64,000 bases of DNA from an uncultured bacterium (GCA_903847915.1 CAINEW010000022.1:1268-65267); one strand, 5' to 3'. Shown: positions 42,333 through 52,223, counted from the stretch's first letter. A program made the numbers and translations. Notes: a model not told the origin generated them from the letters alone.

Positions 42333-43355
42333 ATGCCGGAACTTCATCGCTTTGATATGAGCTGGCAAACCTTATGGCGCATCGCGATTTTTGGCGCGCT
42401 CATTGTACTCATTCTCACTGCGGGAAAGGTGGTGGGAGTGTTTCTTATTAGTATTGTAGTATCTTTAGGCCTTGATCCTGCAGTAAGTTTTTTAGAGCGG
42501 AATCATATCCCGCGTCTTTTAGGGACATTGATGGTATTTCTTACAGGTATTGTCATCTTTACCGCAATGGTTTATTTTATCATTCCTATAGTCATCAATG
42601 AATTAGGTGGATTTTTGAGTCATTTTAATCAAGCGCTCTCGTCATTTGTGAACACAGATATTTCAAAGGCAACACTCAAAGATTTACAAATGAATTATCA
42701 ATCAGTGATGAGTACATTGTCGTTTGCAGGAACATCAGTGGGTGTGGCAGTAAGTACAGTAGCGGCAAAGCTTATTTTCATTCTCGCTGCATTTCTTGTT
42801 TCTTTTTATCTTACAGTAGAAAAAAATGGGCCCGAACGGTTATTAAAAATTATTTTACCGAATTCCTACGAGCATCCCGTGATGAGTGTGTTTGAGCAAT
42901 TTAAATTAAAAATCCGTTATTGGTTTGCCGCGCAACTTGCGATGAGCGTAGTGGTGGGACTTATTGTGGGGATAGGAATGTGGGTATTGGGTGTGCGCTA
43001 TGCGATTATTTTAGGATTGCTTGCAGGCATTTTTGAAATTGTGCCAATGATTGGCCCGATTATCACTGGCGTGGCCGCGTTTGTGATTGCCGTGTCAGAT
43101 TCATTTTCATTGGGATTGTACGCGGTTATTTTCTTTATGGTAGTGCAACAAGTAGAAAATCACCTTCTCCTTCCTTTAGTGATGGGGAAATCAATGAAAG
43201 TGCATCCAGTCGTTGTGATTATCGCGCTTCTTGCGGGAGGAGAAATTGCCGGTCTTATCGGAGTCGTGCTTGCGGTGCCCATTGCAGTGCTTGCACAAGA
43301 GTCATTCAACTACCTCTCTGAAGCAAAAAACGCAAAGCCAGCGTTAGGAATTTAA
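42333..43355 (+). CDS. AI-2E (UPF0118) family transporter
   Basis: EIVPMIGP, QQVENHLL.P.VMG, HP motifs. Confidence 0.9.
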   Translation: MPELHRFDMSWQTLWRIAIFGALIVLILTAGKVVGVFLISIVVSLGLDPAVSFLERNHIPRLLGTLMVFLTGIVIFTAMVYFIIPIVINELGGFLSHFNQALSSFVNTDISKATLKDLQMNYQSVMSTLSFAGTSVGVAVSTVAAKLIFILAAFLVSFYLTVEKNGPERLLKIILPNSYEHPVMSVFEQFKLKIRYWFAAQLAMSVVVGLIVGIGMWVLGVRYAIILGLLAGIFEIVPMIGPIITGVAAFVIAVSDSFSLGLYAVIFFMVVQQVENHLLLPLVMGKSMKVHPVVVIIALLAGGEIAGLIGVVLAVPIAVLAQESFNYLSEAKNAKPALGI

Positions 43356-43430
43356 AAAATAAGAAATGAAAGGATAAAAACAGCAAAATCATAAATTGCT
43401 GTTTTTTGTTATCTGCGGTAGGATTTTGAT

Positions 43431-44894
43431 ATGGAAAAAGAGAAATATTACATTACGACCACTCTCCCTTACGTAAATGCAAAGCCACATATGGGGCATG
43501 CACTTGAATTTGTGCAAGCAGATGTGATTGCGCGTTATCACACATCATTAAACAAAGAGGTGTTCTTTAACACGGGTACGGACGAACACGGACAAAAAAT
43601 CTATGAAAAAGCGTTAGAGGAAAAAAAGTATCCGCAGGCATATTGTGATGAGTATGCAGAAAAGTTTAAGGTTATTCTGAATAAACTCACTATTTTCCCC
43701 AACATCCATTTTATTCGTACGACCGATTCTCATCATATAAGTGCAGCACAGGAGTTTTGGGATCGATGTAAAAAAAATGGCGATATCTATAAAAAGGTAT
43801 ATGCGGTCAAATATTGCGTGGGATGCGAATTAGAAAAAACGGATTCTGAATTAAATGACGAAGGAAAATGTTCAGTGCATCCTAATCTTCTACTTCAACA
43901 CATTGAAGAGGAAAATTATTTTTTCCGATTTTCAAAATATCAAAAACCACTGTTAGATTTATATACACGTTACTCTGATTTTGTAGTACCCACACATCGT
44001 CTTACTGAAATAAGAAACTTTGTAGAATCAGGGCTTCAAGATTTTAGCATCTCGCGTTTAAAATCAAAAATGCCGTGGGGGATTCCTGTGCCGGGCGATG
44101 AGGATCATGTGATGTATGTGTGGTTTGACGCACTCATCAACTACATTTCTACGTTGGGATGGCCCCAAAATATAGGCAATTTTGAGGAATTTTGGGGGGC
44201 ATCCGACACGCCACGTGCGGTGCAAATTGCAGGAAAAGACAATCTCCGCCAGCAGTCAGCGATGTGGCAGGCAATGCTCCTCTCTGCAGGGCTTCCTCCC
44301 TCGCGCCAGATTATTATTCATGGATTTATCACAAGTGGGGGGCAGAAAATGAGTAAAAGCTTGGGTAATGTGATTGATCCATTAGCACTTGTGGAAGAAT
44401 ATGGCACAGACGCCTTGAGATATTATTTGTTGCGTGAAATAAGTCCTTTTGAGGATGGTGATTTTACTATAGAGAAATTTAGAGAAAGCTATAATGCACA
44501 TCTTGCAAACGGATTAGGTAATTTAGTAAGTCGTGTAATCACACTTGCACGTAATAACAACATTTATCTTACCGAGGAATTATTAAGAAAAGAAAAAGAT
44601 GTATTTATTGAACAATACAATAAAAGTTTAGAATCATATGAATTTAAAAAAGCAATGGATGTAATATGGAGTATCATCGAAGAGGCGAATCTGTTCATTA
44701 CTCAAACCGAACCGTTTAAGACAATAAAGACAGATCCCGAAAAGGCACAAAAAGATATTCTCCGACTACTTTCTGATATAGAAATAATAGGGCGACTATT
44801 AAGTCCGCTTCTCCCTTGTACTAGCACACATATATTAGAGTTAGTGAGAAACAAAGATAGCGCCCTTACAAGTCTTTTCCCTCGATTAGGTTAA
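43431..44894 (+). CDS. metG: methionine--tRNA ligase (short form)
   Basis: YVNAKPHMGH, GTDEHG, YVWFDAL, KMSKS. Confidence 0.97.
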   Translation: MEKEKYYITTTLPYVNAKPHMGHALEFVQADVIARYHTSLNKEVFFNTGTDEHGQKIYEKALEEKKYPQAYCDEYAEKFKVILNKLTIFPNIHFIRTTDSHHISAAQEFWDRCKKNGDIYKKVYAVKYCVGCELEKTDSELNDEGKCSVHPNLLLQHIEEENYFFRFSKYQKPLLDLYTRYSDFVVPTHRLTEIRNFVESGLQDFSISRLKSKMPWGIPVPGDEDHVMYVWFDALINYISTLGWPQNIGNFEEFWGASDTPRAVQIAGKDNLRQQSAMWQAMLLSAGLPPSRQIIIHGFITSGGQKMSKSLGNVIDPLALVEEYGTDALRYYLLREISPFEDGDFTIEKFRESYNAHLANGLGNLVSRVITLARNNNIYLTEELLRKEKDVFIEQYNKSLESYEFKKAMDVIWSIIEEANLFITQTEPFKTIKTDPEKAQKDILRLLSDIEIIGRLLSPLLPCTSTHILELVRNKDSALTSLFPRLG

Positions 44895-44895
44895 T

Positions 44896-44964
44896 ATGAA
44901 AAATATCACGTTTTTTGACGCGCATATTTACCCCATGAGAAACGAAGTTTCTAGCGGGGCGCAC
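44896..44964 (+). pseudogene. disrupted 5' stub of a second tatD allele
   Basis: MKNITFFDAH-[33-bp palindrome 44927..44959]-TH; removing the insert restores DAHTH. Confidence 0.75.
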
Positions 44965-44977
44965 GAAAAATATTCTT

Positions 44978-45892
44978 ATGTTTATTGATTGTCATACCCA
45001 CATCCAGTTTCCCGTATACGATGAAGATCGCAAAGAAGTAATACAGCGTGCATTAAATGCGAGTGTGGGGATGATTAATGTGGGTACCCAGAAAGACACT
45101 TCACGGAAAGCAGTGGAATTAGCACACGAGTATGAAAATGAATCAATCTATGCGACTGTAGGGTTTCATCCATGCCACGTCGTGCCGTCTGATTTTCACG
45201 ACGCAGAAGAATTAGAAAGTGATGAAGCGCCAGATGGAGCATTTGATTATGAGTATTACAAAAAACTTGCGCTTGATCCTAAAGTCGTTGCAATAGGGGA
45301 ATGTGGATTAGATTATTTCAGGATAGAGTCAGAAAAATTAGAAAGCGTAAAAAAGAAACAAGAGGAGATTTTTCTCCAACAGATTCGGTTAGCGCATGAA
45401 GTCAAAAAACCACTCATGATTCATTGCCGCTCAGGTATTCCGGAGCGAGCCTCGCCTCAAAATGAGGCGGGCAGAGATGCATTTTCCGATCTGATTGATA
45501 TCCTCATCTCTCATCGCTCACTTCTCACTCCACATTCTGGCATCATCCATTTTTTTACGGGGACTAAAGAAGATGCGCAACGATTACTAGAATTAGGATT
45601 TTCGTTTACATTTGGTGGGGCAATCACCTACGAGTATAAAGAGGGGAAAGGCGTGAATTACGCGGAGCTTATAAGATATATTCCCTTAGATAAAATTCTC
45701 TCCGAAACCGATGCGCCGTATGTGGCTCCTGTGCCCTATAGAGGAAAGCGCAATGAGCCCGCATATGTGATAGAAGTAGTTAAAAAAATAGCAGAAATAA
45801 AAAATATACCATTAGAGCAAATATCTCAGCAGATTTTAGAGAATACACACATATTTTTGAATAGAGGTTCATCGAAAACGGAGTTTTACTGA
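44978..45892 (+). CDS. tatD: TatD family hydrolase
   Basis: DCHTH, GFHP, IGECGLD, IHCR, HFF, ETDAPY. Confidence 0.95.
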   Translation: MFIDCHTHIQFPVYDEDRKEVIQRALNASVGMINVGTQKDTSRKAVELAHEYENESIYATVGFHPCHVVPSDFHDAEELESDEAPDGAFDYEYYKKLALDPKVVAIGECGLDYFRIESEKLESVKKKQEEIFLQQIRLAHEVKKPLMIHCRSGIPERASPQNEAGRDAFSDLIDILISHRSLLTPHSGIIHFFTGTKEDAQRLLELGFSFTFGGAITYEYKEGKGVNYAELIRYIPLDKILSETDAPYVAPVPYRGKRNEPAYVIEVVKKIAEIKNIPLEQISQQILENTHIFLNRGSSKTEFY

Positions 45893-46010
45893 CCTTCATA
45901 TATATGCTTAAAGGACAATATATATACTTGTCATAAAATCATCTATTGTGTTATACTAGAGAAAGCTAATAGTTGCTAAATTCCGTTCACAATTTAAATA
46001 AAAGGATTTT

Positions 46011-46448
46011 ATGGAAAGCGAAATATTGCTGAGAGTTGACCATTCCTGCTCCCTATACAGCATAACAAAAAAAAGTAAATATTGTTTGATAAATATAAGT
46101 GACAGTATTGCTAAAAAAATTTTTCCTATCAACCCCGATCTATCTGGAGATGTAAAAGCTAAGATTTTCCATTTCGACAAAATAATGACTTCTGAACAAG
46201 TTATTATTGAAATGAAAAAGGATGGATGGATTCCTGCAGAAGCGCCACATCTTTTTGCGTTTAGTCTTTTTTCTAATATACCAGCTATTGCGCTCGGTTC
46301 AACAGAGAAACACCCATTTAATTGTAACCGACCATGCGTTTTCGTATTCAACAATATGGATGGGGAGCGTAGGATTTGGTTGAATTTCTCCGATCAAGGT
46401 TGGGCGTCTCACTGCAATTTCCTTGCGGTGCAAGCCCCTAGTTTTTAA
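46011..46448 (+). CDS. orphan hypothetical protein
   Basis: Own promoter, TTCACAATTTAA leader, AAAGGA SD, terminator 46452..46484. Confidence 0.7.
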   Translation: MESEILLRVDHSCSLYSITKKSKYCLINISDSIAKKIFPINPDLSGDVKAKIFHFDKIMTSEQVIIEMKKDGWIPAEAPHLFAFSLFSNIPAIALGSTEKHPFNCNRPCVFVFNNMDGERRIWLNFSDQGWASHCNFLAVQAPSF

Positions 46449-46564
46449 TCGAAAACCCATTTCAGTATTGAAGTGGGTTTTTTGTTGTCCTACAAAAACC
46501 ATGAATAAAAATTCATAAAGGTTTATTTTCAAAACTCTGATTTTAGGATAGTATAGGAATATCA

Positions 46565-49000
46565 ATGAAAAAATACGATTTTACTAAAATTGAGAAAAAG
46601 TGGCAAAAAGCGTGGCAAACGAAAAAAGTGTATGAGCCCTCCTTCGTTAAAACTTCGGCGGGCAAGCCCTCCCTAAAAAAATCTAAAAAACCATTTTATA
46701 ACCTTATGATGTTCCCGTACCCCTCCGCCGAAGGGCTTCATGTGGGGAATATGTATGCGTTTACCGGTTCGGATATCTATGGGCGCATGAAGCGAATGCA
46801 AGGGCACGATGTGTTTGAACCCATCGGATTAGATGGATTCGGCATTCATTCAGAAAACTATGCGTTGAAAATCGGCACGCATCCGGCAAAACAGGCAAAA
46901 ATCTCAGAAAAGCGATTTTATAAGCAACTTGAGGCAATCGGGAATGGCTTTGCATGGAATGAACGATTAGAAACTTACGATCCCGAATACTACCAATGGA
47001 CGCAGTGGGTATTTATTCAACTTTGGAAACAAGGGCTCGTATATCGTAAAAAGCAGGCGGTCAATTGGTGCCCAAGTTGCAAAACAGTACTTGCTGACGA
47101 ACAAGTTGTCAATAATAAATGTGAGCGATGTTCAAGTGAAGTTATTCAAAAGGAATTAGAGCAGTGGTTTTTTAAAATTACAGAATATGCGGAAAAATTA
47201 TTAAAGAATTTAGACATGATTGATTGGAGCGAGAAGATAAAGATTGCTCAACGAAATTGGATTGGAAAATCCGAAGGGGCACTCATTGAGTTTCCGATCT
47301 CTGAAATCCGATCTCTGAAATCCGATATTCGACCTCCGATATCTGTCTTTACTACTCGTCCTGATACTATTTTTGGCGTCACCTTTTTAGTGGTTTCTCC
47401 GGAATATGCACAACAATGGATAAAAAGCGGGTGGAATCCGAGCGATGAGATAAAAAAATATATTGCAACCGCATTAAAAAATCGAAACAATCATGATGAG
47501 AAAAAAGAAAAAACAGGCGTGTTTTCTGGTTTTTCTGCGATTAATCCCGCGAATAAAGAAAAAATCCCTGTATGGATTTCTGATTATGTACTCCCAGGAT
47601 ATGGTACGGGTGCCATTATGGCCGTGCCCGCACATGATGAACGTGATCATGAATTTGCAGAAAAATTTCATTTGCCCGTATCTCACGCGCCACTCGTGTC
47701 ATTTGATGAAGGAGTACAAAAAAGCGGAGGGAAAAAACACACACAATATCGTTTGCGGGATTGGTTAATTTCTCGTCAACGGTATTGGGGGGCACCCATT
47801 CCGATGATTTTTTGTGCAAATTGTGCAAACAATAAGAAAGGAGAACAGAAAGGAATGGAAGGATGGTATGCGGTGCCCGAAAAAAATCTGCCAGTGAAAT
47901 TGCCGAATGTAAAAGATTTTCGTCCACAAGGAAAAGGGGAGTCGCCCCTCGCATCCGCAAAAAGTTTTTATGAAACGAAATGTCCACATTGTGGAGAAAA
48001 CGCACGACGTGAGACAGATGTATCGGATACGTTCTTAGATTCTGCGTGGTACTATCTCGCCTATGTAGGAAAGAAGAATTCGAAATTCGAAATTCGAAAT
48101 TCGAATTTTAAGCATCTCGCGCACAAATGGTTACCAGTGCATATGTACATCGGCGGTGCAGAGCACTCCGTACTCCATTTACTCTATTCTCGCTTTGTGG
48201 CGATGGCGCTGCATGATGCGGAGCACATTGATTTTGATGAACCCTTCACGAAATTTCGTGCCCACGGACTTTTGATTAAAGAAGGCGCAAAGATGTCTAA
48301 ATCAAAGGGAAATGTGGTAAATCCCGACGAATATATTAAAAAATTCGGTGCCGATGCATTGCGTATGTATTTGATGTTTTTGGCGCCGTTTGAGCAAGGA
48401 GGTGATTTCCGCGATGCGGGGATTTTGGGTGTCGTGCGATTTTTAGATAGAGTGTGGAAACTTTACACACGAATATCCACGAATAGAAGCGCGAATAATA
48501 CGAATAGCATTCGTGAAATAAGTGGGCAAATTAGTGAGTATTCGCGATTGTTGCACCGCACTATAAAAAAGGTAACAGACGATATTGAAAATTTGCAATA
48601 TAATACCGCGATCAGCGCGCTTATGATTTTTTTGAATGAAATGGAAAAAAATAAAGAACAGCAAGATTTAAAAAGTGTACTTATATTTCTCCAATTACTC
48701 GCGCCGTTTGCGCCTCATATTACAGAAGAATTGTGGTGTTCATTAGGGAAAAAGTCGTCTATTCATCTTTCTGAATGGCCTAACTACGACGAGAATGCTA
48801 TTCAAGAAGAATCAAAAACAGTAGTAGTGCAGGTCAATGGAAAACATCGGAGCACGCTCACTATAACACTCACCTCATCTCAAAAAGAGATTGAACAAAT
48901 AGCATGTGAAGATGCTCGTGTAAAAAGTGTATTAGAAGGGAAAAGTATAAAAAAAGTGATTTACATTCCGTTCAAAGTAATCAATTTTGTGACAGATTAG
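46565..49000 (+). CDS. leuS: leucine--tRNA ligase
   Basis: MFPYPS..LHVGN, FTTRPDT, GTGAIMAVPAHD, DWLISRQRYWG, KMSKS. Confidence 0.97.
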   Translation: MKKYDFTKIEKKWQKAWQTKKVYEPSFVKTSAGKPSLKKSKKPFYNLMMFPYPSAEGLHVGNMYAFTGSDIYGRMKRMQGHDVFEPIGLDGFGIHSENYALKIGTHPAKQAKISEKRFYKQLEAIGNGFAWNERLETYDPEYYQWTQWVFIQLWKQGLVYRKKQAVNWCPSCKTVLADEQVVNNKCERCSSEVIQKELEQWFFKITEYAEKLLKNLDMIDWSEKIKIAQRNWIGKSEGALIEFPISEIRSLKSDIRPPISVFTTRPDTIFGVTFLVVSPEYAQQWIKSGWNPSDEIKKYIATALKNRNNHDEKKEKTGVFSGFSAINPANKEKIPVWISDYVLPGYGTGAIMAVPAHDERDHEFAEKFHLPVSHAPLVSFDEGVQKSGGKKHTQYRLRDWLISRQRYWGAPIPMIFCANCANNKKGEQKGMEGWYAVPEKNLPVKLPNVKDFRPQGKGESPLASAKSFYETKCPHCGENARRETDVSDTFLDSAWYYLAYVGKKNSKFEIRNSNFKHLAHKWLPVHMYIGGAEHSVLHLLYSRFVAMALHDAEHIDFDEPFTKFRAHGLLIKEGAKMSKSKGNVVNPDEYIKKFGADALRMYLMFLAPFEQGGDFRDAGILGVVRFLDRVWKLYTRISTNRSANNTNSIREISGQISEYSRLLHRTIKKVTDDIENLQYNTAISALMIFLNEMEKNKEQQDLKSVLIFLQLLAPFAPHITEELWCSLGKKSSIHLSEWPNYDENAIQEESKTVVVQVNGKHRSTLTITLTSSQKEIEQIACEDARVKSVLEGKSIKKVIYIPFKVINFVTD
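46637..46666 (+). repeat. 30-bp palindromic element in-frame in leuS
   Basis: CCCTCCTTCGTTAAAACTTCGGCGGGCAAG (PSFVKTSAGK); AGCCCTCC repeated at both junctions. Confidence 0.85.
48467..48549 (+). mobile_element. gene-less copy of the GxxExxY element ends, in-frame in leuS
   Basis: Two inverted arrays of four RCNAAT-like motifs, spacing 10/12/9, matching the flanks of 62482..62886. Confidence 0.65.
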
Positions 49001-49040
49001 ATTGTTCAGGGACTAATGAATAAAGTACAATAAATCACAT

Positions 49041-49955
49041 ATGCTCAAAACCATTCTTATTCTTCTCGCAATACTTATTATAGGAACGACGCTCTATGTA
49101 GTAATCAGTCAGGTGGTCACAAAAGTGGATTGGAAGCATATTAGCAGTTTTTTCACTATTTCTTCTCCATTGCGCTACACGCAATTTGATCAAAATCCCG
49201 CAACACGTGCTACCACGCTCCAAAACAACACATCTTCTCAAAACACACATAAAGAGCCACTTCCTGAACCGCCCTACGGATTCACATTGAGTGACCTCTC
49301 TCCTTTCTACAACAAGATAACAATAAGTTCATTCTCGCAATCTTACGATCAATACTATCCGAGTATAGTCTCGCTCCGTGTGCAGGGGGCAGTGAAAGAA
49401 GGAATCAATATAAGTGGATGGACAATCAAAGGAAAAAGAGGAGGCATGCTTACGCTCCCAAAAGGAGTGAAAGATTTTTCGGTCGGGGGGTATAACAAAG
49501 AAGAAAATATTACAATCAAAGAAGGGGAGTATATTACTGCTTCAAGCGCACGGAGTCCTGTGAATACAAACTTTCTTTTAAATGAATGTACGGGATATCT
49601 TAACGCAATGTATACATTCGTCCCCTCGCTTGGGGGGTCATGTCCCTCGTTTGATACGCGCGTTATCTCTAACTTCGGAGGCGCATGTCAGAGTTTTGCA
49701 CAATCAATGGGAGGATGTCGCGTGCCCACTTCAGAAGAATTAAATCGTTTTACGCTCCCGGAAGATGTCGCCTGCCACACTTTTTTAACCAACATTAATT
49801 ATGCAGGATGTTATCGCACACATCGCAACGACTCTAACTTTTTTGGAAAAGAATGGCGCGTATGGCTCAATACGCCATTTAACTTTAATCGCGACCACGA
49901 TCGCATATTTCTCTACGACAATAATGGTTTGATTGTAGACGAATACGCATACTAA
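49041..49955 (+). CDS. membrane-anchored Cys-rich extracellular protein
   Basis: N-terminal TM, INISGWTIK...LYDNNGLIVD (lamin-tail-like), several Cys. Confidence 0.75.
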   Translation: MLKTILILLAILIIGTTLYVVISQVVTKVDWKHISSFFTISSPLRYTQFDQNPATRATTLQNNTSSQNTHKEPLPEPPYGFTLSDLSPFYNKITISSFSQSYDQYYPSIVSLRVQGAVKEGINISGWTIKGKRGGMLTLPKGVKDFSVGGYNKEENITIKEGEYITASSARSPVNTNFLLNECTGYLNAMYTFVPSLGGSCPSFDTRVISNFGGACQSFAQSMGGCRVPTSEELNRFTLPEDVACHTFLTNINYAGCYRTHRNDSNFFGKEWRVWLNTPFNFNRDHDRIFLYDNNGLIVDEYAY

Positions 49956-50050
49956 TAAGATAAAAATAGAAAAATAAAAAAGAGCTCATAATATACGAGC
50001 TCTTTTTCAGTGATTGCAATTGTTATTCAAAAACCATCATTATTCCTTGC

Positions 50051-50147
50051 TAATTACTACGATATTACTATCCCGACGCGCATTGCGGTCGGGACTCCGA
50101 CCTCTTTGAAGCGTCGGAGTTGAATTACCACTAAATTACTATGTTAT
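50051..50147. repeat. ATTACYA motif array interrupted by two abutting hairpins
   Basis: TCCCGAC...GTCGGGA and ACTCCGAC...GTCGGAGT at 50071..50120. Confidence 0.7.
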
Positions 50148-51197
50148 TTACTTCCTCTCGGTAAGCACCACTTTCACTTTCATTTCTTTCCCATTACGAA
50201 GAAGAATAAGTGTGATGGTTTCTCCTACATTCGCATTTTGGAGAAAATCAGGAATGCTTTTATCTTCATTAATTTGTACCCCATTCCATGAGAGAACAAT
50301 ATCACTTTCCTTAATACCCGCCTTTCCAGAAGGGCTTTCAGGAATCACAGCTTGATCGAGCGGATGTTCTTTCGTGACAAACGCGCCATAGGCGACGGGA
50401 AGTTTTAATTTCTCTTGAAGATTTTTATTGAGGGTCAAGTAGCGAAGACCGAGAAGAGGGCGTTTAATATGGCCATAGCGATCAAGATCAGAAAGATCAC
50501 GTTCTGCCGCACTAATCGGAATCGCAAAGCCGATGTTTTGTGCGCCAGAGACAACGGCAGCATTAATGCCAATCGCACGTCCGAATAAATCAACTAACGG
50601 TCCGCCAGAATTGCCGGGGTTAATCGCCGCATCGGTTTGAACAAGTCCACGCATTTCTTGTGGGGGAGCAAAAGAATCCGCTTGCGCAGTTACCGCGCGA
50701 GAGAGACCAGAAATAATGCCTGAAGAAACAGTATTTTTAAAAATACCGAGCGCATTCCCAAACGCGATCACTGTTTGTCCAAGTTGAAGGTCGGAAGAAT
50801 TGCCAAGAGTGACGGTAGGAAGGGGGCGGAGAGGTGTCACTTTTAAAATAGCAACATCATTGACTGGATCGCGCGCAAGAATTGTTGCAGAAAGTGATTG
50901 GCTGTCATTTGTGATAATAGTATATTGCGCATTTGTTTCATTAATAACGTGTTTGTTGGTAAGGATGACACCATTTGCGCGCACCACAAATCCAGAACCA
51001 CCTCCCACTTCCACCATGCCACGCGCGTCTATTTTTTCTGGAGGAATTTGGAGATCTATTTTTTTCTTTCGTGGGTTTTGCGCGCGAAAATCTGCTTCTA
51101 AATCACTTATGTGTTTTGTAACAATAACCGAAACCACCGCAGGCATAACCTGCGTTACGGTACGCATCAAAGGAGACGATTCTCTTTGAGAAAACAT
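50148..51197 (-). CDS. HtrA/DegP-like serine protease with PDZ domain
   Basis: GSGF, TNKHV, QTDAAINPGNSGGPL, C-terminal PDZ. Confidence 0.93.
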   Translation of the reverse strand: MFSQRESSPLMRTVTQVMPAVVSVIVTKHISDLEADFRAQNPRKKKIDLQIPPEKIDARGMVEVGGGSGFVVRANGVILTNKHVINETNAQYTIITNDSQSLSATILARDPVNDVAILKVTPLRPLPTVTLGNSSDLQLGQTVIAFGNALGIFKNTVSSGIISGLSRAVTAQADSFAPPQEMRGLVQTDAAINPGNSGGPLVDLFGRAIGINAAVVSGAQNIGFAIPISAAERDLSDLDRYGHIKRPLLGLRYLTLNKNLQEKLKLPVAYGAFVTKEHPLDQAVIPESPSGKAGIKESDIVLSWNGVQINEDKSIPDFLQNANVGETITLILLRNGKEMKVKVVLTERK

Positions 51198-51710
51198 TTA
51201 TTTGACGATAATTGTGCCAGTATTACCAGGAGCAAGATGATCGTGATACTTCCATGTGCCAGGGAGATCAAATTGAAATGACCACGATTTTCCGGATTTT
51301 ACATCTTTACAGGCATCAAAGATGCTATTAATACATCCGCCACTTACGGGATATAAGTCATGCTTCGGATGAGGACCTGATGCAGGCCACATATCCACAT
51401 CGCTGAAATTTTTGAAAGTGACCACCTTGCCTTTTGAGACAGTAACCGTTGCAGGAGAAAAGCCATTAGTGGTATAAGTAATTTCCACATTTTCTCCTGG
51501 TTTGAAAATAGCGCTTGGAGTTTGATTAGGAAGAATTACTTCGCCATTTCCATCAATGTGCTTGCCTTCATTATTGACAGGAAAATTTTCTGCGCGCGGA
51601 ATACTATTTGGATTAAACGATGCGGGCTTTTTTGGGGTAAAAAGAATCAACCCAAGAGCGACGACTAAAACGATACCGATAAGAATGCTAATTTGTTTTT
51701 TGTTCATCAT
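51198..51710 (-). CDS. membrane-anchored cupredoxin-like protein
   Basis: GFSPATVTVSKG..V.F.N, WPASGPHP.H, GTWKYHDHL; start uncertain. Confidence 0.8.
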   Translation of the reverse strand: MMNKKQISILIGIVLVVALGLILFTPKKPASFNPNSIPRAENFPVNNEGKHIDGNGEVILPNQTPSAIFKPGENVEITYTTNGFSPATVTVSKGKVVTFKNFSDVDMWPASGPHPKHDLYPVSGGCINSIFDACKDVKSGKSWSFQFDLPGTWKYHDHLAPGNTGTIIVK

Positions 51711-51936
51711 AGTATATAAATAATTATTGTTATTGTTGTGGTGAGAATGAGAGAGATGAGAATGCGTTCGACCTTTTCTCTTCCGTTGTTCAATACTCAT
51801 TGTCTTATTATACAGAAAATCCCCGGAAGGGGGGAGTGAATAAGTTTTTTTCGGTATTTGTTGAACCAAAATAACAAATATGAGATTTTGAGCTTAATAG
51901 GATATATGTGTAATGCATATTTTCACTAAAAATCGG

Positions 51937-52136
51937 CTTGCAATTCCGTAGCTTTAGCGAAGGATTGCGGAAGCGGAAGGAGTCGAACGTCGCTCTGCTC
52001 CTTAAAAACCCATGGTTTTCAATACATTCCTCTACGGAAGGGACGCGGTTACTTCCCTTCCGACCCATCCCTCATTCGAATCCTTCATCACTATATAACA
52101 AAAAAGAACGACATAAAGTCGTCCCTTTTTGTTATG
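51937..52136 (-). repeat. tRNA 3'-trailer element after tRNA-Ser(TGA)
   Basis: Hairpin, antisense T-arm 52075..52086, conserved core, direct repeat of tRNA 3' end 51966..51988. Confidence 0.85.
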
Positions 52137-52223
52137 CGGAAGCGGAAGGATTCGAACCTTCGAGACCATTTCTGATCTACTTGTTTTCAAGACAAGCCCT
52201 TTCAACCACTCAGGCACGCTTCC
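52137..52223 (-). tRNA. tRNA-Ser(TGA)
   Basis: GGAAGCG/CGCTTCC acceptor, CTTGT-CT TGA AA-ACAAG, long variable arm. Confidence 0.93.

Noticed and set aside
51711-51869. His/Asn-rich N-terminal extension on the cupredoxin-like ORF
   Set aside because: Low-complexity leader; the ATG at 51710/51707 directly precedes a normal membrane anchor, though an upstream start cannot be excluded.
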